A stretch of 64,000 bases of DNA from Thermoanaerobaculia bacterium (GTDB taxonomy: Bacteria > Acidobacteriota > Thermoanaerobaculia > UBA5066): positions 288,001-352,000 of the forward strand of contig CAWFJJ010000024.1 of assembly GCA_963816185.1 (NCBI GenBank), given 5' to 3'. Position 1 is the stretch's first letter; every line of letters begins with the position of its first letter. The notes below the pieces were generated by a model. It worked only from the letters and a program-made list of their open reading frames with translations. It searched no databases and was not told where the DNA came from. Both the position numbers and the translations under genes were made by a program. This document shows positions 1 to 8,532 of the stretch, one piece after another.

Positions 1-825
1 GTCGTCGACTCGAAGGTGCGCACGGAGCGGCTCGAGGGCCTCATGCAGGACGCACGCCGCATCCAGCAGTCGATCCTTCCGCGCGCCGTGCCGCGGGTGG
101 GAGACTTCGATCTCTACGGGCTCTCCCTTCCCGCCGACGCGGTCGGCGGCGATTTTTACGATTTTCTCCCGCTCGGCGACCTGAGCTTCGGCGCGGCGAT
201 CGCGGACGCCTCCGGCCACGGCCTCCTCGCGGCGCTTCTCGTTCGAGACATCTACGTCGGCCTGCGCATGGGCATCGGAAGCGACTTCAAGATCGCCCGC
301 ACGATCGAGCGGCTGAACCGCATCCTGAACAAGAGCCGCCTCACGACGAAGTTCGTCTCGCTCTTCTACGGCGAGTTCGAGACGAACGGCGACGTCGTCT
401 ACGTGAACGCCGGCCATCCGCCGCCTCTGCATCTGCACGCCGCGAGCGGCTCGTTCAGCGAGCTCGGGTCGACCGGGATGGTCCTGGGGCCCGCGCCCGA
501 TGCGGTTTACAGCCGCCGCGCGATTCACATGGAGAAAGGCGACGTGGTTCTCCTCCACACGGACGGCGTCCTCGAGGCGCACGACCCGAAAGGGCGCGAG
601 TTCGGCGCCGCGCGGCTGAAGCGCCTCCTGGCGCAGGCGCGGAGAGAGAGCGCTCGCGAGGTCGTCCAGCGGGTGGTCAACGCGGCGCGCTCGTGGTCGC
701 ACGGCGCGCCCGCCGAGGACGACATGACGGCGGTGGCAATCCGGCGGGATCCGGGGCGCTCCGGCGAGAGTGCGCGCGTCAGGCTGGAAGCGCCGGCTGG
801 CGGAACCACGCCGCCGTCCGGCTGA
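1..825 (+). CDS. PP2C/SpoIIE (RsbU-like) serine phosphatase, 5'-partial
   Basis: Motifs VGGDFYDF, IADASGHG, NAGHPPP, HTDGV, EDDMT; frame is open from base 1. Confidence 0.9.
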   Translation, partial: VVDSKVRTERLEGLMQDARRIQQSILPRAVPRVGDFDLYGLSLPADAVGGDFYDFLPLGDLSFGAAIADASGHGLLAALLVRDIYVGLRMGIGSDFKIARTIERLNRILNKSRLTTKFVSLFYGEFETNGDVVYVNAGHPPPLHLHAASGSFSELGSTGMVLGPAPDAVYSRRAIHMEKGDVVLLHTDGVLEAHDPKGREFGAARLKRLLAQARRESAREVVQRVVNAARSWSHGAPAEDDMTAVAIRRDPGRSGESARVRLEAPAGGTTPPSG

Positions 826-1723
826 GCCCGTCCGGAAGAGGTACGAGGGTCGTCAGGCCGAGAGCCGTGCGGCTTTTCGCCACGTCGAGAACGCTGCGCA
901 ACTGTTCGCCGCCCTTCGCCGGCCCGTGCCGCGCGGGACGCGACGTCCCGCACGCGGCGGCGACGAGATCGTAGAGACGGTTCACCGAAGTCTCGACGCC
1001 CGTCCCGACGTTGATCACGCCTGCGATCCTTCGCGCGGCAGCCGCGAGGTTGGCCTTGACGACGTCTCCTACGAAGACGAAGTCGCGCGACTGGTCGCCG
1101 CCGCCGTTGATGAGGCACTCCCCGCCTTCGAGGAGCTTCTTCATCCAGATGCCGATGACGCCGGCTTCGCCACGGCCGTCCTGGCGCGGCCCGTACACGT
1201 TCGCAAATCGCAGGGCGGTCACGACGAGAGGCGTTCCGTGCGCGAGACCGAAGAGGTACTTCTCGCCGGCCAGTTTCGCGACGCCGTAGGGGGAGACGGG
1301 ATTCGTGGGGTGATTCTCGTCCGCCGCGAAGCCTCGCGGGTCGCCGTAGATCGCGCCTCCGCTGGACGCGAAGACGATCTGAGCGGTGCCCGCTGCGAGC
1401 GCCGCCTGCGTGAGGCGGATCGTGCCGAGGACGTTGACCTCCGCGTCGAACACGGGATCCTCGACGGACTTCCTCACGTCGATTTGCGCGGCGTAATGGA
1501 GAATCGTATCCACGTGCGCGTCGCGAAGGAGTCCTTCGAGGTCGAAGCGTCGGATGTCACCTTCGACGAACCGGGCTCCTTTCGGGAGGCGGGAACGCTG
1601 GCCCGTCGAGAGATCGTCGAGGATGACGACGTTCTTGCCTTCGGCGAGGAAGGCATCTGCGAGATGGGAGCCGATGAAACCGGCTCCGCCGGTCACGAGG
1701 ACGGAACGAGTCTCGGGCATCAT
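779..1723 (-). CDS. NAD-dependent epimerase/dehydratase (UDP-glucose 4-epimerase-like)
   Basis: VTGGAGFIGSH, YGVAK (YxxxK), NVYGPRQ, RDFVFVGD; start placed at MMPETRS. Confidence 0.9.
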   Translation of the reverse strand: MMPETRSVLVTGGAGFIGSHLADAFLAEGKNVVILDDLSTGQRSRLPKGARFVEGDIRRFDLEGLLRDAHVDTILHYAAQIDVRKSVEDPVFDAEVNVLGTIRLTQAALAAGTAQIVFASSGGAIYGDPRGFAADENHPTNPVSPYGVAKLAGEKYLFGLAHGTPLVVTALRFANVYGPRQDGRGEAGVIGIWMKKLLEGGECLINGGGDQSRDFVFVGDVVKANLAAAARRIAGVINVGTGVETSVNRLYDLVAAACGTSRPARHGPAKGGEQLRSVLDVAKSRTALGLTTLVPLPDGLSRTAAWFRQPALPA

Positions 1724-1738
1724 GCGGCGGAGGATAGC

Positions 1739-2515
1739 GTGCCGCACCTCCATCCGCTCCCCGCGTCCTTCTATCGCCGTGACACGGCCCTCGTCGCCCG
1801 GGATCTTCTCGGCTGCCGCCTCGTCCGGCGATTCCCGGGCGGGAAAAGCCGAGCGGTCGTGATCGTCGAAACCGAGGCCTATCTCGGGGAGAAGGACCGC
1901 GCCGCGCACACCTGGAACGGCCGCCGGACGCCCCGCGTCGCCCCCATGTGGGGGCCGGGCGGGCACGCGTACGTCTACTTCGTCTACGGCATGCACTTCT
2001 GCATGAACGTCGTGACGCAAGAGGAAGGGACGCCGGAAGCAGTTCTGCTCAGAGCAGGGATTCCGGAAGAACTCCATTCTTCTGATATGCGGCGGCTGCT
2101 GATGCAGCCGCCGACGGGGCAGAAATCTGCGTCTCGAACGTCCGGAGTCAAGGGCGCGCTACCCGCGCCGCGAAGCGGTCTTCGACCCTTGACACCGGAC
2201 GTTCGAGGAATACGTTCCCCTGCTCGTCGGCCGCAGAGCGGCCGACGAATAGCAGAAATCTCTTCTCTTCTCCTCGCCTCCGGTCCCGCAAAGCTCTGCG
2301 CGTACCTTCAAATCACGGCCGCATTGTCCGGAGCTTCTCTCTCCGGTCCCGAGCTGATGATTTCCCGCGGCCCGCGCGCGCGCTTCGACGTGCTCGTGGG
2401 GCCGCGCGTCGGCGTGGACTACGCGGGAGAGGCCGCCGCGTGGCCGCTGCGCTTCGCGGTCGCGGGCTGCCCGGCCGTGACGCGGCGCGCTCTCCTCGGC
2501 CCCTTCGTGACCTGA
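1739..2515 (+). CDS. mpg: DNA-3-methyladenine glycosylase (MPG/AAG family) with in-frame palindromic insertion
   Basis: VARDLLG, IVETEAYLG, AYVYFVYGMHFCMNVVT, AVLLRA, GPAKLC, PRVGVDYA; GTG start at 1739. Confidence 0.9.
   Translation: MPHLHPLPASFYRRDTALVARDLLGCRLVRRFPGGKSRAVVIVETEAYLGEKDRAAHTWNGRRTPRVAPMWGPGGHAYVYFVYGMHFCMNVVTQEEGTPEAVLLRAGIPEELHSSDMRRLLMQPPTGQKSASRTSGVKGALPAPRSGLRPLTPDVRGIRSPARRPQSGRRIAEISSLLLASGPAKLCAYLQITAALSGASLSGPELMISRGPRARFDVLVGPRVGVDYAGEAAAWPLRFAVAGCPAVTRRALLGPFVT
2080..2257. repeat. Palindromic MITE/REP-like element inside mpg
   Basis: Imperfect terminal IR TTCTGATAT/ATAGCAGAA; 10-bp (2090-2113), 22-bp with 1 mismatch (2133-2154/2186-2207) and 11-bp (2224-2248) hairpins. 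Confidence 0.7.
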
Positions 2516-2516
2516 T

Positions 2517-4226
2517 CTAGAGCGTCTTGAGGTCGGCGAGGGAGGAAGCCGTCACGAGGCAGTTCTTGCCGCTGCGTTTCGCCTGGTAGAGGGCCTGGTC
2601 CGCGCGCTCGATGAGCGAGCGCTTGGTGCCGGCGTCCTCCGGGTAGCAGGAGAGACCGAGCGAGATCGTCATGGCGAGCGCGTGATCGAGCTGAGGGGCG
2701 ACGAAGAGACGTCCGGCCACGCGGTTTCGCAGCCGGTCTGCCACGACCCAGGCCTTCGCGGGCGTCGTTTCCGGAAAAATGAGCGCGAACTCCTCGCCGC
2801 CGTAACGTGCCACCGTGTCCATCTCCCGGACGCCCTTCGTCAGCTCGTCCACGAGCCCGCGGAGCACGAGATCGCCCACCGGGTGCCCCCAGCGGTCGTT
2901 GATCTTCTTGAAGTCGTCGATGTCGAGCATGATGAGCGCGAGCGGCTGCCCGCTGCGTTCGTGGCGGGCGAGCTCACGGGAAAGCGTCTCCTGGAAATAC
3001 CGGTGATTAAACGCTTCGGTGAGCGAATCGCGTACCGACATCTGCCGCGTCGCCTCGTACGCTTTTGCCGATTGGATGGCCGTAACGGCCTGGTTCGCGA
3101 AAATCTCGAGGGCCTGGACGTCCTCGAGGCGCGGGACGAGCCCGCCCCTCGGCTGGTCGACCTGCAGGGTTCCGACGACCTGATCGCCGGCCGTAAGCGG
3201 GACGAAAAGCAGGTCGTCCGGATGCCACGCGCCCGGTGCCGTGCTGCGCCGGCGGCGGTCGATCCGGCCGGAATTGTCGACGGACACGTCGCGGTCGAGG
3301 TGGCTCACGAAGTAGGACTTCGAGATCCGGAAATGCTCGCCGAACCATCGCGCGATCTCCTCACGCGGCACTTTTCGCGGCGGGGCACCCGGCGACGTTT
3401 CGTCGAATCCGACCTGTGCGCGGCGCTCGAAGACGTTCTCGACAGGATCGAACAGGGAAAGCACGACCACGCGATAGCCGAGGCTGCGGTGGACCGCCTG
3501 GACGATGCTCTGTACGAGGAGCTCGAGAGTCAGATGTGCCTTCAGCTCGTTGGAGACGTCGAGAATGCGCTGCAGCATCTCGGCCCGTCCCTGCAGACGT
3601 TCGTTTACGGTCTGCATCTGCCGTCTGAGGTTGCGGTCCTGAAGGGCCAGGGCCACGTGGTCGGACACGACCGAGAGCTCCTGGAGCGTCTGAGGCGTGA
3701 CGAGGGACGGGTCATCCGATTCGGCGATGAGAATGCCGGCAATGAGCGCGGGAGTCTGGAGAGGCAGGAAGACCTGATACGGAAAGCGGGGATTCAGGAC
3801 GAGGTCGCGGTCGGGTCCGCTTGCCACGCGGGGCATGGGTGAGGCCGGCAGGAAAGGCGATTCGAGGTCCTTTTGGGAGGCGAGCCAGTCGAGAAACGGC
3901 TGCCGTTCGAGCGTCACGTCGCCGCCGAAGGAGACGAGCGCCTGCCCGTCAAGATCCTCCTCGTACGAGACCACCGCCAAGGCTCGGATTGGCAGCGCCT
4001 GGCGAAGGGTGTCGAAGAGCCGCGCGAGGATCTCCTCTCCCGGAGCGACGCTGGATACGATCGCGGTGAGCTCGCGGAGCGTCGCGAGCTCGCGGTTCTT
4101 GCGCGACAGCTCGGCGGCGCCGGACCGAGCCCGCGCGAGCTTTCTCGTGACGACGATGACGGCCACGAGAAGACCCACGGCGATCACCGTGAACAGGACC
4201 GGGCGGAAGTCGAGAAGCGACGTCAC
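2517..4226 (-). CDS. Diguanylate cyclase (N-terminal TM, two GAF domains, GGDEF)
   Basis: DSLTEAFNHRYF, DIDDFKKINDRWGH, RxxD I-site (REMD), ARYGGEEF; GTG start overlaps the upstream TGA. Confidence 0.9.
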   Translation of the reverse strand: MTSLLDFRPVLFTVIAVGLLVAVIVVTRKLARARSGAAELSRKNRELATLRELTAIVSSVAPGEEILARLFDTLRQALPIRALAVVSYEEDLDGQALVSFGGDVTLERQPFLDWLASQKDLESPFLPASPMPRVASGPDRDLVLNPRFPYQVFLPLQTPALIAGILIAESDDPSLVTPQTLQELSVVSDHVALALQDRNLRRQMQTVNERLQGRAEMLQRILDVSNELKAHLTLELLVQSIVQAVHRSLGYRVVVLSLFDPVENVFERRAQVGFDETSPGAPPRKVPREEIARWFGEHFRISKSYFVSHLDRDVSVDNSGRIDRRRRSTAPGAWHPDDLLFVPLTAGDQVVGTLQVDQPRGGLVPRLEDVQALEIFANQAVTAIQSAKAYEATRQMSVRDSLTEAFNHRYFQETLSRELARHERSGQPLALIMLDIDDFKKINDRWGHPVGDLVLRGLVDELTKGVREMDTVARYGGEEFALIFPETTPAKAWVVADRLRNRVAGRLFVAPQLDHALAMTISLGLSCYPEDAGTKRSLIERADQALYQAKRSGKNCLVTASSLADLKTL

Positions 4227-5590
4227 TTGAAGGAAACGACGCCGCTCTTCGTGAGCTTGTGAAATACGCGCATCACTTCGTGCTCGGGAAACGGCGAGAT
4301 GCGGGCGATCGAGCGGACGTCCCACATGCCGTTGATGCGCGAGACGATGAACGCCTCGGACGGCGTGAACGGGAAGGACATGAGCTCCTCCATCGGTCTC
4401 GTGAGGATGGGGACCGCCCCGGCGGGGACCTTCGGAAGAACTTCGGAGCCGGCCGAAGAGTCGGTGGGAGCCGGAACGGGCCTGGCAGCGGGAGCGGACC
4501 CGGCGGAGGTTGCGCCGGGCGGGACAGGCGACGATGGCCGCGTCGCCGAGCCGGACGAGACGCCTGCGGCTGCTGGCCCCGGGGTCCTGACCGCCGGCGT
4601 CGCGGGCAGGGTGGCGGTCCTCACGCGGGGTGCGGTGGCGTCGGAACTGTCGCCGGACGCGCGCCGCGCGGCCGTTTCGCCGGATTCGGGCCGGCGCTTG
4701 AGGAACTGGTTGTACGTGGTCGGCACGGGCGTCCGCAGAGCGGGCGGAGCCAGCACGCCCTCGTCGAGTATCGGCGCCGGCGGCACCCCGTCGGGAATCG
4801 TATGCAGATCGCCGGACATCAGCGGATCGAACGAAGAAGAGTCCTCCTCCACGAGCTCGGCATCCTCGAACACGGGCTCCGACGTCGTCTCCTCCCGTTC
4901 CCCGATGAGCCTCACGTGGCCCGTGAGCATCAAGTCGTACATCAGCTTGGCGACGTGGAAATCGGGGTTGTGCGTCTCGAGTGCGATCTGGTCGATCGCG
5001 CGGTGGCCGTTCGCCGCGCTGAGGATCATTTTGTCGCGCTCTCCGAGATCTTCCTCGACGGGCATGACCACCGACGGAATGACGCGCATGGTGGGGACGC
5101 GCGTCCTGATGCGCTGCCACTCATCGTAGCGGCGCAGGCCCTCCATGACGATGCCCGTGACGTCCGAGGAGATCGGAACCATCGGAAGGGCCGGAATCTC
5201 CCCGTCGATGAACGCGAACGAGCCTTCGGTCCACAGGAAAATGTCGTAGATCGTCTCGGCGGCCTTCAGCCTCACGAGGTCCGCCAGCTCCTCTTCCTTG
5301 ATCGCCCCGATCATGACGAGAATCTTGCCGAGGAGAATCCGGGACTCCTGCTGGACCTCCAGCGCCCGGATGAGCTCCTCCTCGGTGATGAAGCCGAAAC
5401 CGACGAGAAAGCGCCCCAGATGCTCGCGCTCGAGCGTGGATGAAGAGGATGTGACGCGGCCTTTGTTGAAGTAGATCCGTTTCTCGCCAGGCGCCCCCCG
5501 GACGACGAGCGTCCCCGTCTTCAAGCCGGTCGAGAGCCACTGAAGCAGCTCCGACAACTGCATCGTGCGCAGATTTCCTGCGATGGCCAT
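4223..5590 (-). CDS. DUF4388 (PATAN-like) domain protein with Pro/Ala-rich linker
   Basis: GNLRTMQLSELLQWL..KTGTL..IYFNKG; LGKILV; WTEGSFAF. Confidence 0.8.
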   Translation of the reverse strand: MAIAGNLRTMQLSELLQWLSTGLKTGTLVVRGAPGEKRIYFNKGRVTSSSSTLEREHLGRFLVGFGFITEEELIRALEVQQESRILLGKILVMIGAIKEEELADLVRLKAAETIYDIFLWTEGSFAFIDGEIPALPMVPISSDVTGIVMEGLRRYDEWQRIRTRVPTMRVIPSVVMPVEEDLGERDKMILSAANGHRAIDQIALETHNPDFHVAKLMYDLMLTGHVRLIGEREETTSEPVFEDAELVEEDSSSFDPLMSGDLHTIPDGVPPAPILDEGVLAPPALRTPVPTTYNQFLKRRPESGETAARRASGDSSDATAPRVRTATLPATPAVRTPGPAAAGVSSGSATRPSSPVPPGATSAGSAPAARPVPAPTDSSAGSEVLPKVPAGAVPILTRPMEELMSFPFTPSEAFIVSRINGMWDVRSIARISPFPEHEVMRVFHKLTKSGVVSFK

Positions 5591-5631
5591 CCTACGCAAT
5601 TGTAGCGCGTAAGAGCCTGACCCGAGCGGCT

Positions 5632-6819
5632 TTACTCCATCGGAGGGTTATACGACGGAATCCCTGTGACGGCCTGCCCGAGAACGAGCGTGTGGATGTC
5701 GTGCGTGCCCTCGTACGTGAAAACCGACTCGATGTTCGCGAGATGCCGGAAGACCGGATACTCGCCGACGATTCCGTTCGCTCCGAGAATCTCTCGCGCA
5801 AGCTTCGCGCACTCGCGCGCGACCCAGACGTTGTTGCGTTTGACCATCGAGACGTGCTCGGGCTTCATCGTGCCGGCGTCTTTCATCCGGCCCAGCCTGA
5901 GGGCGAGCAGCTGCCCCTTCGTGATCTCCGTGATCATGAACGCGAACTTCGCCTGGACCATCTGATGCGAGGCGATCGGCCGGTCTTTGAACTGCTTGCG
6001 GCTCTTCGCGTAGTCGAGGGCGCATGTGTACGTGGCCATTGCGGAGCCGAGGCCGCCCCAAGCGATACCGTATCGAGCCTGCGTGAGGCAGGAAAGCGGT
6101 CCCTTGAGCCCTTCGACGCCCGGGAGGACGCTCGTTTCGGGCACGCGGACGTCCTCGAAGACGAGCTGCGACGTGACGGAGGCGCGGAGGGACATCTTCA
6201 TGCGGTGCTCGGGTGCCGTGAAGCCCTTCATTCCGCGTTCCACGAGAAATCCGCGCACGGGGCCGTTCACATCGCCGACCTTCGCCCACACGACGGCCAC
6301 GTCGGCGATCGAGCCATTCGTGATCCAGGACTTGGCGCCGTTCAGGACCCAGTCGTTCCCGTCTTTCCTGGCGACCGTGAGCATGCCTGACGGGTTCGAG
6401 CCGAAGTCGGGCTCGGTCAGGCCGAAGCACCCGATGCTCTCGCCCTTCGCGAGACTCGGGATCCAACGATCCTTCTGCTCCTTCGAGCCGTACGTGAAAA
6501 TCGGATACATGACAAGCGAAGACTGGACGGAGACGAACGAGCGGAGCCCGGAGTCGCCTCGCTCGAGCTCCTGCGCCATGAGGCCATAGGCGACGTTGTT
6601 CAGCCCCGGCAGCCCGTACTCGGCCATCGTGGATCCGAAGAGGTTCATCGCCGCCATCTTCGGGACGAGCTCCTTCGGGAAACGGCCCTCGTACGCGCAC
6701 TCCTCGATGATCGGGAGGACGTCTTCGTCCACGAACCCTCGCACGAGATCGCGCACGGCCCGCTCGTCCTCCGAGAACATGTCTTCCAGCCCTAGAAAAT
6801 CGACTCCGGAAAAGCTCAC
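5632..6819 (-). CDS. Acyl-CoA dehydrogenase (glutaryl-CoA dehydrogenase-like)
   Basis: ELERGDSGLRS, GCFGLTEPDFGSNP, WITNG, TYEGTHDIH. Confidence 0.9.
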   Translation of the reverse strand: MSFSGVDFLGLEDMFSEDERAVRDLVRGFVDEDVLPIIEECAYEGRFPKELVPKMAAMNLFGSTMAEYGLPGLNNVAYGLMAQELERGDSGLRSFVSVQSSLVMYPIFTYGSKEQKDRWIPSLAKGESIGCFGLTEPDFGSNPSGMLTVARKDGNDWVLNGAKSWITNGSIADVAVVWAKVGDVNGPVRGFLVERGMKGFTAPEHRMKMSLRASVTSQLVFEDVRVPETSVLPGVEGLKGPLSCLTQARYGIAWGGLGSAMATYTCALDYAKSRKQFKDRPIASHQMVQAKFAFMITEITKGQLLALRLGRMKDAGTMKPEHVSMVKRNNVWVARECAKLAREILGANGIVGEYPVFRHLANIESVFTYEGTHDIHTLVLGQAVTGIPSYNPPME

Positions 6820-6968
6820 AGGTCCTCCAGCGATGGAAGAGTACCGAAGAATTTCTTAGAAGGGTGAACGAGCGCGGTGTACTGGGCGCCGCCTCAACAC
6901 AACACGCGCGACGCTGCTTTCTTAACCTTCTAAGAAAAGGTGCTCTTCGAACAAGTCATAATCGCGAT

Positions 6969-7226
6969 ATGGCGACACCCGCGTGGAAGGTGGCGGCGGA
7001 CCTCTCCGAGGGCTACGTGACCCTCAACCCCGTCACGCTCAAGAAATACGAGAGGCACGAGGTCGAGTCTCTCGCGAAGGAGCTCGAGAAGCTCACACGC
7101 GATCTCCGCTCCCAGATCGTTCCGCAGGACGACGCCGAGGCGAGCCAGACTAAGAACCGCAAGCTCCTCCGCCTTTCGCAGGCGACCGTCGTCCTGAACA
7201 GCTGGCGGATCCGGATGCCGAAATAA
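6969..7226 (+). CDS. Small helical hypothetical protein
   Basis: ATG 6 nt after CATAAT, coding-like GC3, ends 3 nt before asnS. Confidence 0.65.
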   Translation: MATPAWKVAADLSEGYVTLNPVTLKKYERHEVESLAKELEKLTRDLRSQIVPQDDAEASQTKNRKLLRLSQATVVLNSWRIRMPK

Positions 7227-7229
7227 AGA

Positions 7230-8531
7230 GTGGACAGCTCACTTTCAATTTCTGATCTCGCGTCTCACGTCGGCGAGACCGTCACCCTCAAGGGCTGGCT
7301 CTACCATTGGAGGAAGGGCGGGAAGATCTGGTTCCTGGTCCTGCGCGACGGGAGCGGCTACCTCCAATGCGTCGTCTCGAAGGCCGACGTGCCCGAGGCG
7401 GTGTGGGCCGCCGCGACCGGTGCGACGCAGGAGTCCACGCTCGAGGTGACCGGCCTCGTGAAGGCCGACCCGCGCTCGCCGGGCGGCGTCGAGCTGGGCG
7501 TGATGGACGTGAAGGTGCTCGACCTCTGCCACGACTGGCCGATCACGCCGAAGGAGCACGGCGTCGACTTCCTCATGTCGCAGCGGCACCTCTGGTTGCG
7601 CTCCGCCAAGCAGGTGGCCGTCCTCAAAGTGCGAAGCGAGGTCGAGAGCGCGATCCACGACTTCTTCTACACGCGCGGCTACACGCGCGTCGATTCGCCG
7701 ATCCTGACCCCCGCGGCCTGCGAGGGCACGTCGAGTCTCTTCGAGACGCAGTACACGGAAGACGAGAAGGCCTACCTGTCGCAGTCCGGCCAGCTCTATC
7801 TCGAGCCGGCGGCGGCGGCGCTCGGAAAGGTCTACTGTTTCGGGCCCACGTTCCGCGCCGAGAAGTCCAAGACGCGGCGGCACCTGCGCGAGTTCTGGAT
7901 GGTCGAGCCGGAGGTCGCGTTTCTCGAGATCGACGGCCTCATGGACCTGGCCGAGGAGTTCGTCAAGGACCTCACGGCCCGCGTCCTCGATCGGCGGAAG
8001 GAAGACCTCAAGCGCCTCGAGCGCGATGTCGCGAAGCTCGAGCCCGTCATCTCGAAGAGGTTCCCGCGGATCTCCTACCGGGATGCCGTCGAGATCCTGC
8101 AGAAAAAGAATATGCCGGTGAAGTTCGGAGACGACCTGGGCGGCGACGAGGAGACGGCGCTCACCGAGGGCTTCGACACGCCCGCCATGGTCACGAGGTA
8201 CCCGACCTCGATCAAGGCGTTCTACATGCAGCCCGACCCGGCAGACCCGGACGTCGCCCTCTGCCTCGACATGCTCGCGCCCGAAGGCTATGGCGAGATC
8301 ATCGGCGGGTCGCAGCGCATCCACGACCACGACCTCCTGCTTTCGCGCATCCGCCAGCACGACCTGCCGCTCGAGGCGTTCCAGTGGTACCTCGATGTGA
8401 GGAAGTACGGCACGTTCCCGCATTCGGGCTTCGGCATGGGCCTCGAGCGCTTCGTCGCGTGGATGTGCGGCGTCCCGCACCTGCGCGAGTGCATCCCCTA
8501 CCCGCGGATGCTGTACCGGATCTATCCCTGA
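7230..8531 (+). CDS. asnS: Asparagine--tRNA ligase
   Basis: OB fold N-terminus; YLSQSGQLY, GPTFRAEKSKTRRHL, EIIGGSQR, HSGFGMGLER. Confidence 0.95.
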   Translation: MDSSLSISDLASHVGETVTLKGWLYHWRKGGKIWFLVLRDGSGYLQCVVSKADVPEAVWAAATGATQESTLEVTGLVKADPRSPGGVELGVMDVKVLDLCHDWPITPKEHGVDFLMSQRHLWLRSAKQVAVLKVRSEVESAIHDFFYTRGYTRVDSPILTPAACEGTSSLFETQYTEDEKAYLSQSGQLYLEPAAAALGKVYCFGPTFRAEKSKTRRHLREFWMVEPEVAFLEIDGLMDLAEEFVKDLTARVLDRRKEDLKRLERDVAKLEPVISKRFPRISYRDAVEILQKKNMPVKFGDDLGGDEETALTEGFDTPAMVTRYPTSIKAFYMQPDPADPDVALCLDMLAPEGYGEIIGGSQRIHDHDLLLSRIRQHDLPLEAFQWYLDVRKYGTFPHSGFGMGLERFVAWMCGVPHLRECIPYPRMLYRIYP

Positions 8532-8532
8532 G

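Noticed and set aside
770-1738. Apparent 581-aa N-terminally extended glycosylase
   Set aside because: The extension is the antisense of the epimerase gene; MPG similarity starts at 1739.
4227-5120. Apparent 867-aa diguanylate cyclase
   Set aside because: The upstream part is an alternate frame of the DUF4388 gene; a GTGA start/stop overlap at 4223-4226 marks the likely real start.
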